Source of the DNA: a virus
Lineage: Duplodnaviria > Caudoviricetes
DNA length: 64,000 nt
Strand: one strand, 5' to 3'
Virus record (IMG/VR): IMGVR_UViG_2706796725_000001
Location: 18,439 to 82,438 of that record
Positions 8,824-18,238 of this stretch are shown in pieces. The position numbers and the translations under genes are program-made. The notes beneath the pieces were generated by a model. That model did no database searches and was not told the DNA's origin. It worked only from the letters and a program-made list of their open reading frames with translations. Within the stretch, counting starts at the first letter, position 1; the number at the start of each line of letters is the position of its first letter.

Positions 8824-8873
8824 TTTCAATTACCTCAAATGTTTCGTTGATTTGTTAAGCAGATGATTACACA

Positions 8874-8899
8874 AAAAGAAGCCTCAATCAAGAGGCTTA
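8874..8899 (-). terminator. Rho-independent terminator
   Basis: AAGCCTC-TTGATT-GAGGCTT followed by CTTTTT on the minus strand. Confidence 0.7.
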
Positions 8900-8943
8900 A
8901 AGGGGGAACGTTTATACTTGTTTGCTGTATAGATGTACATATC

Positions 8944-9135
8944 CTATAACAGATTAGGTTCTAAAATAGGAGTGCCGCAGCATGGGCAATTCACATAAGG
9001 TATGAAATAATCCCCATCCCATGCATACTCATTGTCAGGATATAATTCATCCCCAGAACTTCCACAGGGGTCAGGAAACTTCATTTTGGAAGCATCCAGC
9101 ACAATAGCACAACTGTTGCAACTTATTAAGTTCAT
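8944..9135 (-). CDS. Small Cys-rich (Zn-ribbon-like) protein
   Basis: CNSC and CPCC motifs. Confidence 0.6.
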   Translation of the reverse strand: MNLISCNSCAIVLDASKMKFPDPCGSSGDELYPDNEYAWDGDYFIPYVNCPCCGTPILEPNLL

Positions 9136-10214
9136 TCTACTACCTCCCCATCCACAACCTCTCTCAACCCAATTCCCACAGGTTTCAGTGGCTTACCAGC
9201 TTTAGAAAGCGTTTCATACTCTACCTTCAACCACTTCCCAATCCAACTATCAGCCTCTTCAGCAACCTGCTTACGTTCAGCATCTGTTCCCTTCATCTTC
9301 ACTTCAAACGTACTGCCTGATTCAATCTCACAAGTGAATACAGCATGACCCTTCTTGTCAATATTGTAACCAACAATCTTGAACTCAGCATCTTCTACGT
9401 CTTTTAGCTTCATAGCTGTTGAGGAACGTACACCATATTCGTACTTATCATCCATGTTTTTGATGACTAAGCCTTCGTATCCCATCTTAGATAACTCGAT
9501 ATGTTTATCGTGGATTTGTGTTTCGTCATACACTACCCAAGCATCAACTGTACGAACAAGTCCAGAAGTGTATCCATTAAACATCTTATTCAGTCGAAAG
9601 TGGTAGTCAATATGCCCTAGTTCAGGCAATTCGAACACATAGGCTTTCAACCGTGGTGTCAGCTCGTTATGCTTCTTGACAGCAGATTGAATATCTTGTA
9701 GGTGTTCCCCATGCTTGTACAGCTCAACGTTGATTTCATTCACACCAATTGAATCCATGTATGTGTGAATATCCTCTACAAGATGTTCCATCACAGGATA
9801 TAGCTCACCACCTCGGCTAATAAACTTCAGGTCATGTCCTGTACGCTCAATCAGGCAATTCACACCATTCAGCTTAACAGAAGCAATACAAGGATATTTC
9901 AGACGATGTTTAATCTTCTTGAAGTCGCCAATCTTACCTGGGAGTTTCCGTGCAGACTTCTCTCCGATTTCTTCCACATATCCCTTCTTCAGTTGTTTCT
10001 CCCATTTAGCCTTGGCTTCCAATACAGCCTGTTCCTGTGCTGTAGTTGCGTTAGAACGTCCTACATTCTTAGGAAAGGCTTGATAGGATTCTTGTTGGAG
10101 GTTTCCATTAAGCTGTCCCCACTCAACTGTCACAACATCACCTTCAACAAACACAGACCAGATATTTGTAGCACCAGTTTTGGTTTGCTTGTATAGCGTA
10201 GAGTTAATTTGCAT
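9132..10214 (-). CDS. lig: ATP-dependent DNA ligase with WGR-like N-terminal domain
   Basis: Motif I variant KLNG; EGLVIK; KLKD; OB-fold end KVEYETLSKAGKP. Start at ATG 10214 behind AGGAG. Confidence 0.9.
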   Translation of the reverse strand: MQINSTLYKQTKTGATNIWSVFVEGDVVTVEWGQLNGNLQQESYQAFPKNVGRSNATTAQEQAVLEAKAKWEKQLKKGYVEEIGEKSARKLPGKIGDFKKIKHRLKYPCIASVKLNGVNCLIERTGHDLKFISRGGELYPVMEHLVEDIHTYMDSIGVNEINVELYKHGEHLQDIQSAVKKHNELTPRLKAYVFELPELGHIDYHFRLNKMFNGYTSGLVRTVDAWVVYDETQIHDKHIELSKMGYEGLVIKNMDDKYEYGVRSSTAMKLKDVEDAEFKIVGYNIDKKGHAVFTCEIESGSTFEVKMKGTDAERKQVAEEADSWIGKWLKVEYETLSKAGKPLKPVGIGLREVVDGEVVE

Positions 10215-10533
10215 TAGAGGTTTCTCCTTCATTACAATGACGAACCCACGCACAGATTGGACCATCCTCTGTATCTGTTATAGAGTAGATGAACCACCCA
10301 GAGCCTTCCGGCTTAGTTGGTTTCCAGTCTGATACGTTAGGATCGCCTGTGTCCCAATAATGATCCTGTAGAGATTCCGGGGCATCATATTCAAAGGAAA
10401 TTATTCTAATTTCAAGACCTTGATCATGGAACCAACTGAAGGGTATAAACTCATCGTCACCGAAATTCTCTAAAGATGAGTGCCCCCAATGACCTAATTC
10501 GTCTCTAATGACTTTCTCTTCTAATACTCTCAT
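10204..10533 (-). CDS. Conserved phage hypothetical protein
   Basis: 109 aa, W.P..P.G.GWF..SI.DTEDGP..W motif. Confidence 0.75.
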   Translation of the reverse strand: MRVLEEKVIRDELGHWGHSSLENFGDDEFIPFSWFHDQGLEIRIISFEYDAPESLQDHYWDTGDPNVSDWKPTKPEGSGWFIYSITDTEDGPICAWVRHCNEGETSNAN

Positions 10534-10748
10534 TTAGTTTCTCCTTCATGTTCATCTACAGATGCAACTATCTTACCTCCATTGGTTGTAACATTCAAGC
10601 AGTAATCAATTCCTGCTGAGTTCAGGTCAGGGAATACATGATTACCTTTTGAGGACTCTGAACGCAGAGCAATCATCAGCATTGTCAGTACCTCCAGATC
10701 AGTGACTGTAGATGTGTTATTTGTGATAATCATTTTCTTGTATGGCAT
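10530..10748 (-). CDS. Hypothetical protein
   Basis: 72 aa, RBS AGGAG. Confidence 0.65.
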   Translation of the reverse strand: MPYKKMIITNNTSTVTDLEVLTMLMIALRSESSKGNHVFPDLNSAGIDYCLNVTTNGGKIVASVDEHEGETK

Positions 10749-10760
10749 GTATTTCTCCTG

Positions 10761-11274
10761 TCAGTAGTCTGCACGCAGCTCTCGGAAATTATGGAAGTGT
10801 ACTACAGTTTCATCGTTAAGGTAGCGCACTAGGGTCATAGGGGCATAGTACATGTTGTAGAATATGCTCTTGGGTATGTAGGTAGGGACTCCCTTAGTTA
10901 TAGGCTCACCTATCATAAATTCAGTGATATAAGCCCCATCTATTTCATCACAAAGAACCTCAAACGTTTCGGCCCCACCCGCGACGAATATATCTTCTGT
11001 AGAATTATGTATTAGTTCAAACACCTGGATCCAAATCCATCGCTTCATCACACTTATCATTCTGATAATCCTCCTGCCTTGTCAAGCAGATAACGTGACG
11101 CCCGTCCAGCTTACGTGGCAAGGATTCCACTGTAGTACGTCCCATAATAACCTTCTTCCCCATTGTCTTCTCACGGAAGAATTTGAGGTCTTCTGGGTCA
11201 TGTTTGAGTAGATCACCATTCACACCAATGATGCCTTCATAATGTGAGAATATCGCGTATAGAGCCATAATCAA
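10761..11274 (-). CDS. folA: Dihydrofolate reductase, split by one frameshift (~11030)
   Basis: N-part IIGVNGDL..DLKFFREKTMGKKVIMGRTTVESLPRKLDGR; C-part IFVAGGAETFE in the +1 frame. Confidence 0.88.
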
Positions 11275-11474
11275 AACCTCTCAATCAAATCAATATCGTC
11301 GTAGTTGAATGTGGTTGCTCCGCACATTGCATACTTAACATGCGGCTCTTCTACATAGGCATAACTAACACCACCAACCCAAAGGTAGTGTTCCATATTT
11401 TCGCAGAAAATAACACCTAAAGCCTCAGCCCATTCTGGGGCTTGTGTAATGTCTATCGTGTGTTTCTGTTTCAT
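11271..11474 (-). CDS. Hypothetical protein
   Basis: 67 aa from ATG 11474, RBS AGGAG. Confidence 0.6.
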   Translation of the reverse strand: MKQKHTIDITQAPEWAEALGVIFCENMEHYLWVGGVSYAYVEEPHVKYAMCGATTFNYDDIDLIERF

Positions 11475-11530
11475 CAATGTCTCCTGTTGCTGTAGCAATT
11501 TATGTAGTGAATGTAACATAGAATTTAGGC

Positions 11531-11560
11531 AAAGAAAAGCCCCAATTAAGGGGCTTGTTT
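11531..11560 (-). terminator. Rho-independent terminator (GCCCC-N6-GGGGC family)
   Basis: AAGCCCCTTAATTGGGGCTTTTCTTT on the minus strand after thyA. Confidence 0.85.
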
Positions 11561-11575
11561 GGTTATCTATATAGG

Positions 11576-12481
11576 CTACACAGCCATCTTCACACCATAC
11601 CCTTTTCGACCCTTATTAAAGCTATCTAAGGTTACATCCCCCCATTCAAGGGATAACATATCCTCAAACGTCTCCAGAGGCTTCAAAATGGTCATCTTAG
11701 GCTGAAACAGGGGTAATCCATCTGATCGTACACCCTCTTCCTCAACAACGCTTAGAAGGCGTTCTACGACCTCCAGTTGGTTAGCATACAAGTGAGCATC
11801 TGTTGCTGTGTACAGGATTTCTCCTGTAGTGTGGCCCAACAATTCTGCCATCAATATCAGGAAGATACCTGTGAAGGCTAGGTTATACGGAAGTCCTAAA
11901 TACACATCATTAGAGCGCATGTGTACGTGTAGGTTGAGTTTGATCTTTCCATCCTCATCAGGCACACACATAAAGGTGTAGACGAAATGGCATGGGGGTA
12001 AAGAAGCTCTGTGAAGGCTCGAAGCATCCCACAGATTGATAATATGTCGTCTACCATAAGGATCAACCTGAAGACTTTCTACCACGTCCTTTAACTGGTC
12101 TGCACCTCCAAAATTACGAAACTTATAACCATACCCCTCCCCAATAGTTCCTACTTCAATACCAGTTCCTTGAAGGAATTCTTCTGAGGTTTGTGCTGTC
12201 CAGAAGTTAACCCCACGATCAACAAGGTATTGATTATCAACTCTTCCATTCATCATCCACATTAGTTCAGTGAAGGCATGTTTAGGCTCAAACCACCGAC
12301 ATTGAATGAAGGGAAGGTTTCGATAGATTCCGTTCCCCAAACTTTCAACACGGTGTTTGATTAAATGTCCGAACACAGACTTACTTGACCCTACATCTGT
12401 ACGGTCAGGCTTATTAACACCATTCTCAAGGATGTATTTAAGGGTGTTTAGATATGGTTGATCAATTAGAGTCATGTTCAC
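11576..12481 (-). CDS. thyA: Thymidylate synthase
   Basis: LPPCH, MRSND, LGLPYN and DAHLYANQ motifs. Confidence 0.95.
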   Translation of the reverse strand: MNMTLIDQPYLNTLKYILENGVNKPDRTDVGSSKSVFGHLIKHRVESLGNGIYRNLPFIQCRWFEPKHAFTELMWMMNGRVDNQYLVDRGVNFWTAQTSEEFLQGTGIEVGTIGEGYGYKFRNFGGADQLKDVVESLQVDPYGRRHIINLWDASSLHRASLPPCHFVYTFMCVPDEDGKIKLNLHVHMRSNDVYLGLPYNLAFTGIFLILMAELLGHTTGEILYTATDAHLYANQLEVVERLLSVVEEEGVRSDGLPLFQPKMTILKPLETFEDMLSLEWGDVTLDSFNKGRKGYGVKMAV

Positions 12482-12806
12482 CTCTTGCTTCGGCTAGAAT
12501 CAGTTTCGCACTTTTGATTAGAGGCTCCCACACTGTAGGGTAACGCCAAGCTTCATTCTCATTTGCCTCTATGAGCATATTAAGTACCTCATAGAGATCA
12601 GGAGAGGATGCAATTAGATGTGCGTTGGCTCTGGTCTCTACTGCTTCTAGTGAAGAAACACCTTCATAAACGGGGGTGAGAACATTAGCTATCTTAAATC
12701 TACCACCCAACACCGTTCCACGTATTTTAATATAACCCTCATCAATTTCAAAGGATGATGCATTAGACCTCCACGGACCTTTAGTGAACCTAACGTCACT
12801 ACTCAT
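12462..12806 (-). CDS. Conserved phage hypothetical protein
   Basis: FTKGPW...NAHLIASSPDLYE motif. Confidence 0.7.
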   Translation of the reverse strand: MSSDVRFTKGPWRSNASSFEIDEGYIKIRGTVLGGRFKIANVLTPVYEGVSSLEAVETRANAHLIASSPDLYEVLNMLIEANENEAWRYPTVWEPLIKSAKLILAEARGEHDSN

Positions 12807-12957
12807 CTGATTTCTCCCCACCTTTCAACAGAGTGTTGTCAATAATCAAATCCAAAGGATCATCTACAGCGTGAGCCTTGCATAAGGACTCCAACCAATC
12901 ACTTCTATGGAATGGGTGTGACTCGTTTTCAGATAGTTTATCTTGTTCGCCATTCAT
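12799..12957 (-). CDS. Hypothetical protein (52 aa, not in ORF track)
   Basis: MNGEQDK...GGEKSDE*; fills the gap with ATGA overlaps. Confidence 0.5.
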   Translation of the reverse strand: MNGEQDKLSENESHPFHRSDWLESLCKAHAVDDPLDLIIDNTLLKGGEKSDE

Positions 12958-13091
12958 GCCCAATCCCCCTTCTTACTACGTTTGCGATCACGCATCTTCT
13001 TGCTCACTTTGCGCTCATACCGATCAGCATATTCACGCTGCTTCATTTTCATTGGTTTTTCTGACCGTTCAAATCCAGTGTTTGTGTGCAT
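12954..13091 (-). CDS. Small basic hypothetical protein (45 aa, not in ORF track)
   Basis: MHTNTGFERSEKPMKMKQREY...KKGDWA*; RBS AGGA. Confidence 0.5.
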   Translation of the reverse strand: MHTNTGFERSEKPMKMKQREYADRYERKVSKKMRDRKRSKKGDWA

Positions 13092-13461
13092 AGCTATTTC
13101 CTATTATGATCCTGGGTAAGGTGTTGGGGTTTTTATGGTTCATGTAAAAGTCAATATCTTTTGCAACCTTTACCAACGAGGTAGAGCCATCATACTGTTC
13201 AGGGAAATATAAAAACTTACCGTCATCAGCAATAAATCGTGGGGCTTCTGGAGCGCCGTAACCATCTGAAAACTCTTGATCTAGCAGTTGGTCAAGTAAC
13301 CTCGAATCGGGAAGGGTGATGTTCCACAGTTGAAATTTAAAAGAACTTTCAGGTGTGCCCCAACCAGGACTGTAATCATCTTCTCTACAAGTCTGAGCTA
13401 CAATACTCATATTACCCCAATCTGCACCAGCTTCGTCTAACCACTTTCTCAATGTTGCCAT
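13069..13461 (-). CDS. Conserved phage hypothetical protein
   Basis: 130 aa, including LD.EFSDGYG...F...YDGS. Confidence 0.7.
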   Translation of the reverse strand: MATLRKWLDEAGADWGNMSIVAQTCREDDYSPGWGTPESSFKFQLWNITLPDSRLLDQLLDQEFSDGYGAPEAPRFIADDGKFLYFPEQYDGSTSLVKVAKDIDFYMNHKNPNTLPRIIIGNSYAHKHWI

Positions 13462-13471
13462 CGTCTTATCC

Positions 13472-13729
13472 TCAATTAAGTTTATTTTTGCTTACAACCG
13501 ATGTATCTACATTACTACAAATAATTGCAGCATACAAGTATTCTCCGTGAACATCTCCAAGAATTTCCATGTTAGCTGCTACCAGCTCATAGTTGCTGTA
13601 TGGGAAGCACAAAAAAGATTCGTCAGGATAAAGTGCTACAAGGTTGAAGAGTACACCATCCTTTTCAAGGGTTTTATACTTGAAATCTTCAGCACCTTTG
13701 ATTTCTTCGTCAATGTATTCGTAGGTCAT
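13472..13729 (-). CDS. Hypothetical protein
   Basis: 85 aa ORF. Confidence 0.6.
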   Translation of the reverse strand: MTYEYIDEEIKGAEDFKYKTLEKDGVLFNLVALYPDESFLCFPYSNYELVAANMEILGDVHGEYLYAAIICSNVDTSVVSKNKLN

Positions 13730-13899
13730 TTTGAAGACCCCTCACAACCATTATTTCCATAGGAGATGTTTTGATACACCTCCGAGTTGAGTGAACTCCA
13801 GCCGTGAACACCTTTGCTGATTAAGTAAGCATCTGAAATCATAAACGTAGATGCCACGATTGCAAAAGAGATCATGAACGCACTAATAGGATTAATCAT
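13726..13899 (-). CDS. Small membrane protein (57 aa, not in ORF track)
   Basis: MINPISAFMISFAIVASTFMISDAYL...; one hydrophobic helix; ATGA overlaps. Confidence 0.5.
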   Translation of the reverse strand: MINPISAFMISFAIVASTFMISDAYLISKGVHGWSSLNSEVYQNISYGNNGCEGSSK

Positions 13900-14156
13900 A
13901 ACAAATTCCCCACAACATGATCCTTAACCTGATCATACCCACCGACATATTCACCTGTCTGGTAATCCCCACCATAATAAATCTGAGGTACTGAACGAAA
14001 ACCCTTCTCACGGAAGGCCGTAAGAATCTCAGGCTCATCTTGCAGATTGACATACTCAAATGGTACACCATATCCAGTCAGCACATCTTTAGCCAAGTTG
14101 CAGTATGTACAATTAGGCATTCCGTAGATAGTGTAGGGCTTGATAACGTCCGTCAT
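13896..14156 (-). CDS. grx: Glutaredoxin
   Basis: IYGMPNCTYC, SVPQI and YVGGYD motifs; own RBS GGAGA before ATG 14156. Confidence 0.9.
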   Translation of the reverse strand: MTDVIKPYTIYGMPNCTYCNLAKDVLTGYGVPFEYVNLQDEPEILTAFREKGFRSVPQIYYGGDYQTGEYVGGYDQVKDHVVGNLL

Positions 14157-14169
14157 TATTGTTTCTCCG

Positions 14170-15189
14170 TTAAAAAAGATTTCTGAACCAGAGCTGACAG
14201 CACCAACCAGATAGTTCAACACCTCTTGTGCAGCACTCTGAACAAGACGGATGTATTCCATGTAGGGAATAGGATTGTTCAAGATCAATGATTTGTCTCC
14301 CCAATCCAATCCAAGGTAATCGTAACAAGGTTTGGCAATGTAGTAAACATATTCTTTCAACAGAGTTACATTCAGCCCTAACACCCGACCTCTGAAGATG
14401 TACGCCCACTTGACTTCCTGTACAATCAAGATAGTCTGCATCTCCACAACTTCCATCTCTTCCTGATAATCTTCTTTGTGAAGCATTGCATTGAAGATTA
14501 AACGATCCCCCGCATGTAGCACTTTGAGGATAGCCCCAACTGTCCCAATACCTTGATAACGACCTGTCACCAATGCAAAGGTGCAAGCAAACGAAGCCAT
14601 AAAAGAGATAGCTTCCAAACCATATAACACGCCCATATTCTTCAGAAGTTGTTTCTTCAACTCTGCTGGAATATACCCCAAGGTATACGCACCCATACGG
14701 TTTGGTTTTAAAAATTTCCCCAATAATTCCTGTACGGTATTGCACCATCACATTATGCTTACCACGTTCAAGAATCTGATTACCATCTGTGAAGCAATTA
14801 CGGAAGATGTGGCTGTAGCTGATAGCGTGAATACCTTCCATCATGGATTGCCACGTAAGCAGGTTCTGTACTTCTGTGTTTGTGATAAATGGGCCAAACG
14901 TCTCGATAATACCTCTTGAGGCAACACTGTCCAGCAAGTGTTGAGCAAGCAGGTTGAGGATCATCACATCCTTCTCTGAGTCAGGCGCAACAGCCAAGTC
15001 CTTACGATCCTGATCCAAGCTAAACTCAGTCTCAACCCAATACTGGGCACGTTGATCCAAGTACATCCTTTCAATTTCTGGGTAGGTTACATTAACCGTA
15101 TCTGCAAACCCAAGGTCTTCCCCAAGGAATACAGGGTAATGTCCTCGGAGGTTATTGTTGTTATTCACATTCATAATGCTTTTAGTCAT
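14170..15189 (-). CDS. nrdB: Ribonucleotide reductase class Ia beta subunit, frameshifted (~14715) with in-frame codon losses
   Basis: LDSVASRG and MEGIHAISY; second frame GLEAISFMASFACTF, NNPIPYM, VQSAAQE. Confidence 0.9.
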   Translation of the reverse strand: MTKSIMNVNNNNNLRGHYPVFLGEDLGFADTVNVTYPEIERMYLDQRAQYWVETEFSLDQDRKDLAVAPDSEKDVMILNLLAQHLLDSVASRGIIETFGPFITNTEVQNLLTWQSMMEGIHAISYSHIFRNCFTDGNQILERGKHNVMVQYRTGIIGEIFKTKPYGCVYLGVYSSRVEETTSEEYGRVIWFGSYLFYGFVCLHLCIGDRSLSRYWDSWGYPQSATCGGSFNLQCNASQRRLSGRDGSCGDADYLDCTGSQVGVHLQRSGVRAECNSVERICLLHCQTLLRLPWIGLGRQIIDLEQSYSLHGIHPSCSECCTRGVELSGWCCQLWFRNLF

Positions 15190-15209
15190 ACAAGTTCCTC
15201 ATCTTAAAT

Positions 15210-15233
15210 AAAAAGGAGGCCGTTAAGCCTCCT
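15210..15233 (-). terminator. Rho-independent terminator
   Basis: AGGAGGC-TTAACG-GCCTCCT followed by TTTT. Confidence 0.75.
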
Positions 15234-15244
15234 GTGGGCAGTTG

Positions 15245-15454
15245 TTAGGTTAACCTCTCTGGCTGAATAAAATCCCAACCCCAACAATCTTCTAAGTCTT
15301 CCTCGTCAACCCCAGAAGCTTTAGATACAAATTTGAGGACTTTCTCTTCAATTTGATCTTCAGTCAACCCTGCACTGACCTCAAGGACTTCCTCATCATT
15401 GTTTCCACCAAAAGAACCATTAATATCATACTCACACCAAACTCTTATAAACAT
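15245..15454 (-). CDS. Hypothetical acidic protein
   Basis: 69 aa, RBS AGGAG. Confidence 0.65.
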   Translation of the reverse strand: MFIRVWCEYDINGSFGGNNDEEVLEVSAGLTEDQIEEKVLKFVSKASGVDEEDLEDCWGWDFIQPERLT

Positions 15455-15513
15455 AGTATTTCTCCTATTTAGGTTTCACACTTATTGAACCTCAACTATA
15501 ACAAATTAAATAG

Positions 15514-18141
15514 TCAAAGGGAACAGCTTTCACACCCTGATTCTTCAATTTGTGTAACAGTTTCTTCCTTACGTTTGTTATCCTTCATCTTGAAGTTATG
15601 GTAATACCACGTTTTCATTCCTAATTTAGCTGACAGAAGCACATCACGGATAATATCAGCTTGCTTCAGATCACCCTTATTGTAGTCATGCCAGAAGTCT
15701 GCTGAGATAGACTGCCCCATCCACTTTTGCACAATCGCGTAAACCTTAATCATCTCCTGTGAAGGAATATCCCAAGCTGATTGGTAATGCAGTGTATCCA
15801 TGTCTGGAGCACGATAGTATACGCTGCCCTTACGACTATTCTTGTATAACTCCAAGTTACGTACAGGGTAGATTGCATTCGTACTGTTTGTGACCAAGCT
15901 AGAGGACTCTACAGGCATCTGTGCTTCCAATACACTAAACCGTACACCGTGCTTGAGGATATCCTGACGTAATTCTTCCCAAGGATATTGGTTGTCAACG
16001 GTGATAAATTGATCCACTTCCTTCTTGTATGTATCCAGTGGAATCCACCCATCCTTGTATTTGCTACGATCAATATACTTGAACACACCTTTCTCCTTAG
16101 CAAGACGTACAGATGCCTTGTGTAGGAAATAGGAATGACGTTCAGCCAGCTTATGAATCTCATTACGTCCAGCCTCAGAATCAAATGCAAGCCCTTTAGA
16201 AGCCATGTAATGAGCCAAGTTAGTCATGCCAACACCAATGGACCGATAACCCTTAGCTGTCTCTTCCATGCTTGCATAAGGGTATTTCGTATCACCAATA
16301 GTGTTATCGATGATCTTGCACAGTGTGTAACACAACTCCTCGTATTCTTCATCTGTGTAGTCCTTCAAGACGATTGAGCCTAAGAAGCATAGGGCGATAG
16401 TTCCATCTGAATGTTTCTTGAACAGATTCTCTACACTTGAGAAAGGCTTGGTTGGTAGGGCTATTTCCTGACATTGACCTGTCAGAATACCATTGAACAC
16501 CCCCATATTACGTAGAGGTTCATTGAAGCAATAACTGTCTTGAGATTCAACAGGCAATAGCCCCATAACCTTGTGACGTGTAACAACACCTTCAGAATCT
16601 TTCCACACCAACAGCTCATTGCCACGTTCAAGTTGGAATGTTCTCAACTCGGTGTAATCCTTCAAATACCATTTGTGGTAAGGTGTGCATGTAAGGTAGT
16701 CAGCTTGTCCCGTCTCCATGTTCTCAACATAAACCCTGATCATTTCTTGATCTATACCCGTTTTCACCACTTGAACTTCAGACCACTCTGACCCATTCCA
16801 CACAGTAACCCACTGACCCTCCATCTGACCTATTGGCAGGGAACCTTCATCGGTAAGGATAAGTGTGCCACCAGCCACGCACAAATTACTCAAACGAATA
16901 GGCTCATTGAATGGTGTGTGCTGGTTCATATTATCAATGAATGTAATGTAGTTACGTCCTGTATCAGCACGACTTGAAATCCATGCCTGCATTACATCAC
17001 GCGCCTTAACAATCTTTTTGGGGATAAAGGATGACAATACAGACTGGTACTCAGCTTCAAATGCTCCTACATCACCTGAATAGAACAAATCCCACAGAGT
17101 GGGTGCATAATATACACTCACCAGCATCCAGTCCTCATTCTTAGCCATACGTCTCAGGAAAGATGTATTTACTTTGAATGAATAATCAAGTGTATCAATG
17201 CGATAGTTCTCAGGTGTACGTTGCTGCTTCATTGTTAGCAAACCTTCAATCTCAGGATCAAGTACACAATATGATACTGTAGCACTACCACCTCTAGTCA
17301 CCTGGGAATTTGCTTTAACCGCTGAGTCAATATGACTGTAGTAAGAATGTTTCCCACCGTGCCTCACCAGCCCACCTTTAACAGGATCATTAGGCCCACG
17401 GGTGGTTAGCTCAATACCAATACCTGCACGTTGAGCTGTCATAGTATAGGCAACGTTTATGGCAGCATTAATGCTGTCAACGGTATCTCCTCCTGAGATA
17501 ACTACACAGCTTGGAGAGGATTCAAGTGATGTACGTGAACCGTTTAATGTTGGTGTTGGTAGATTCAGGTTTAGGTTACTCAACCCCTGATACGCAGAGA
17601 TGACCTTTGACAGTTTATCATCTTCATTGCGCATCTGATTCATAGCAATCCCCATAAACGTCATTTGGGGAGACTCAACAGGATGTCCTGAGAAGTTCAG
17701 CATATATTTATCATACATCTGCTTCAGGGTGGCATAGGTGTAAGTGAAGTCTTTAGTGTGATCTATAACTGAATCAAGCTGTTCAAGCTCATAGTCAGTG
17801 TATCCCATATCAACCCACCGGCCCTCTTCTACAGCTTCCTCGTAGAAGTCTTTCAGGGATGGGATGGAGAAGCAGCCATAGGCTTCCTTGTAGATTTGCC
17901 CTACAAGAAGACGTGCAGCCATCTTTGTATGTCCTTCTGTACGCTTGCTGAGGCAGGCATTAATTAAGGCTTGGTGTAATTCAGATGTAGTACATTCTTC
18001 AGGTAGGCTGCGTACAGCATCAAATACGATACTAGACCAATCCACACCACACTCACTGCTCGCCCAATCACTCCAACGGTTAATGTTATCTACATCAAAA
18101 TCTTCAACAGTTCCATCACGTTTTGTAACTTTATTGATCAT
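15514..18141 (-). CDS. nrdA: Ribonucleotide reductase class Ia alpha subunit, intein-containing
   Basis: N-terminal ATP-cone (VTKRDG); PTPTLNG; SPSCVV; SNL/C.EI; PVESSS; KTWYY; C-terminal CESC. Confidence 0.95.
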   Translation of the reverse strand: MINKVTKRDGTVEDFDVDNINRWSDWASSECGVDWSSIVFDAVRSLPEECTTSELHQALINACLSKRTEGHTKMAARLLVGQIYKEAYGCFSIPSLKDFYEEAVEEGRWVDMGYTDYELEQLDSVIDHTKDFTYTYATLKQMYDKYMLNFSGHPVESPQMTFMGIAMNQMRNEDDKLSKVISAYQGLSNLNLNLPTPTLNGSRTSLESSPSCVVISGGDTVDSINAAINVAYTMTAQRAGIGIELTTRGPNDPVKGGLVRHGGKHSYYSHIDSAVKANSQVTRGGSATVSYCVLDPEIEGLLTMKQQRTPENYRIDTLDYSFKVNTSFLRRMAKNEDWMLVSVYYAPTLWDLFYSGDVGAFEAEYQSVLSSFIPKKIVKARDVMQAWISSRADTGRNYITFIDNMNQHTPFNEPIRLSNLCVAGGTLILTDEGSLPIGQMEGQWVTVWNGSEWSEVQVVKTGIDQEMIRVYVENMETGQADYLTCTPYHKWYLKDYTELRTFQLERGNELLVWKDSEGVVTRHKVMGLLPVESQDSYCFNEPLRNMGVFNGILTGQCQEIALPTKPFSSVENLFKKHSDGTIALCFLGSIVLKDYTDEEYEELCYTLCKIIDNTIGDTKYPYASMEETAKGYRSIGVGMTNLAHYMASKGLAFDSEAGRNEIHKLAERHSYFLHKASVRLAKEKGVFKYIDRSKYKDGWIPLDTYKKEVDQFITVDNQYPWEELRQDILKHGVRFSVLEAQMPVESSSLVTNSTNAIYPVRNLELYKNSRKGSVYYRAPDMDTLHYQSAWDIPSQEMIKVYAIVQKWMGQSISADFWHDYNKGDLKQADIIRDVLLSAKLGMKTWYYHNFKMKDNKRKEETVTQIEESGCESCSL
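16474..16881 (-). mobile_element. Mini-intein (136 aa, no endonuclease) at the RIR1-b site, ending in Gln
   Basis: SNL|CVAGGTLILT...LTCTPYHKW...YCFNEPLRNMGVFNGILTGQ|CQEI; intein blocks A, B (TxxH), F and G recognisable. Confidence 0.92.
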
Positions 18142-18173
18142 ATATTTTCCTTCTACTTCAAACAAAACAAATA

Positions 18174-18207
18174 AAAACGGGAAGTAAGTATGACAGCTTC
18201 TTCCCGT
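18174..18207 (-). terminator. Rho-independent terminator
   Basis: ACGGGAAG...CTTCCCGT followed by TTTT. Confidence 0.65.
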
Positions 18208-18238
18208 ATGTTACACCCTGTTCGTTGATTAATTTATC

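Noticed and set aside
13896-14723. Apparent NrdB-glutaredoxin fusion ORF
   Set aside because: The fusion depends on a T6 run at ~14170 (one more T gives EIFF-stop). Glutaredoxin has its own GGAGA RBS and ATG. A C-terminal fusion would block the NrdB tail that docks on NrdA. The region is error-rich.
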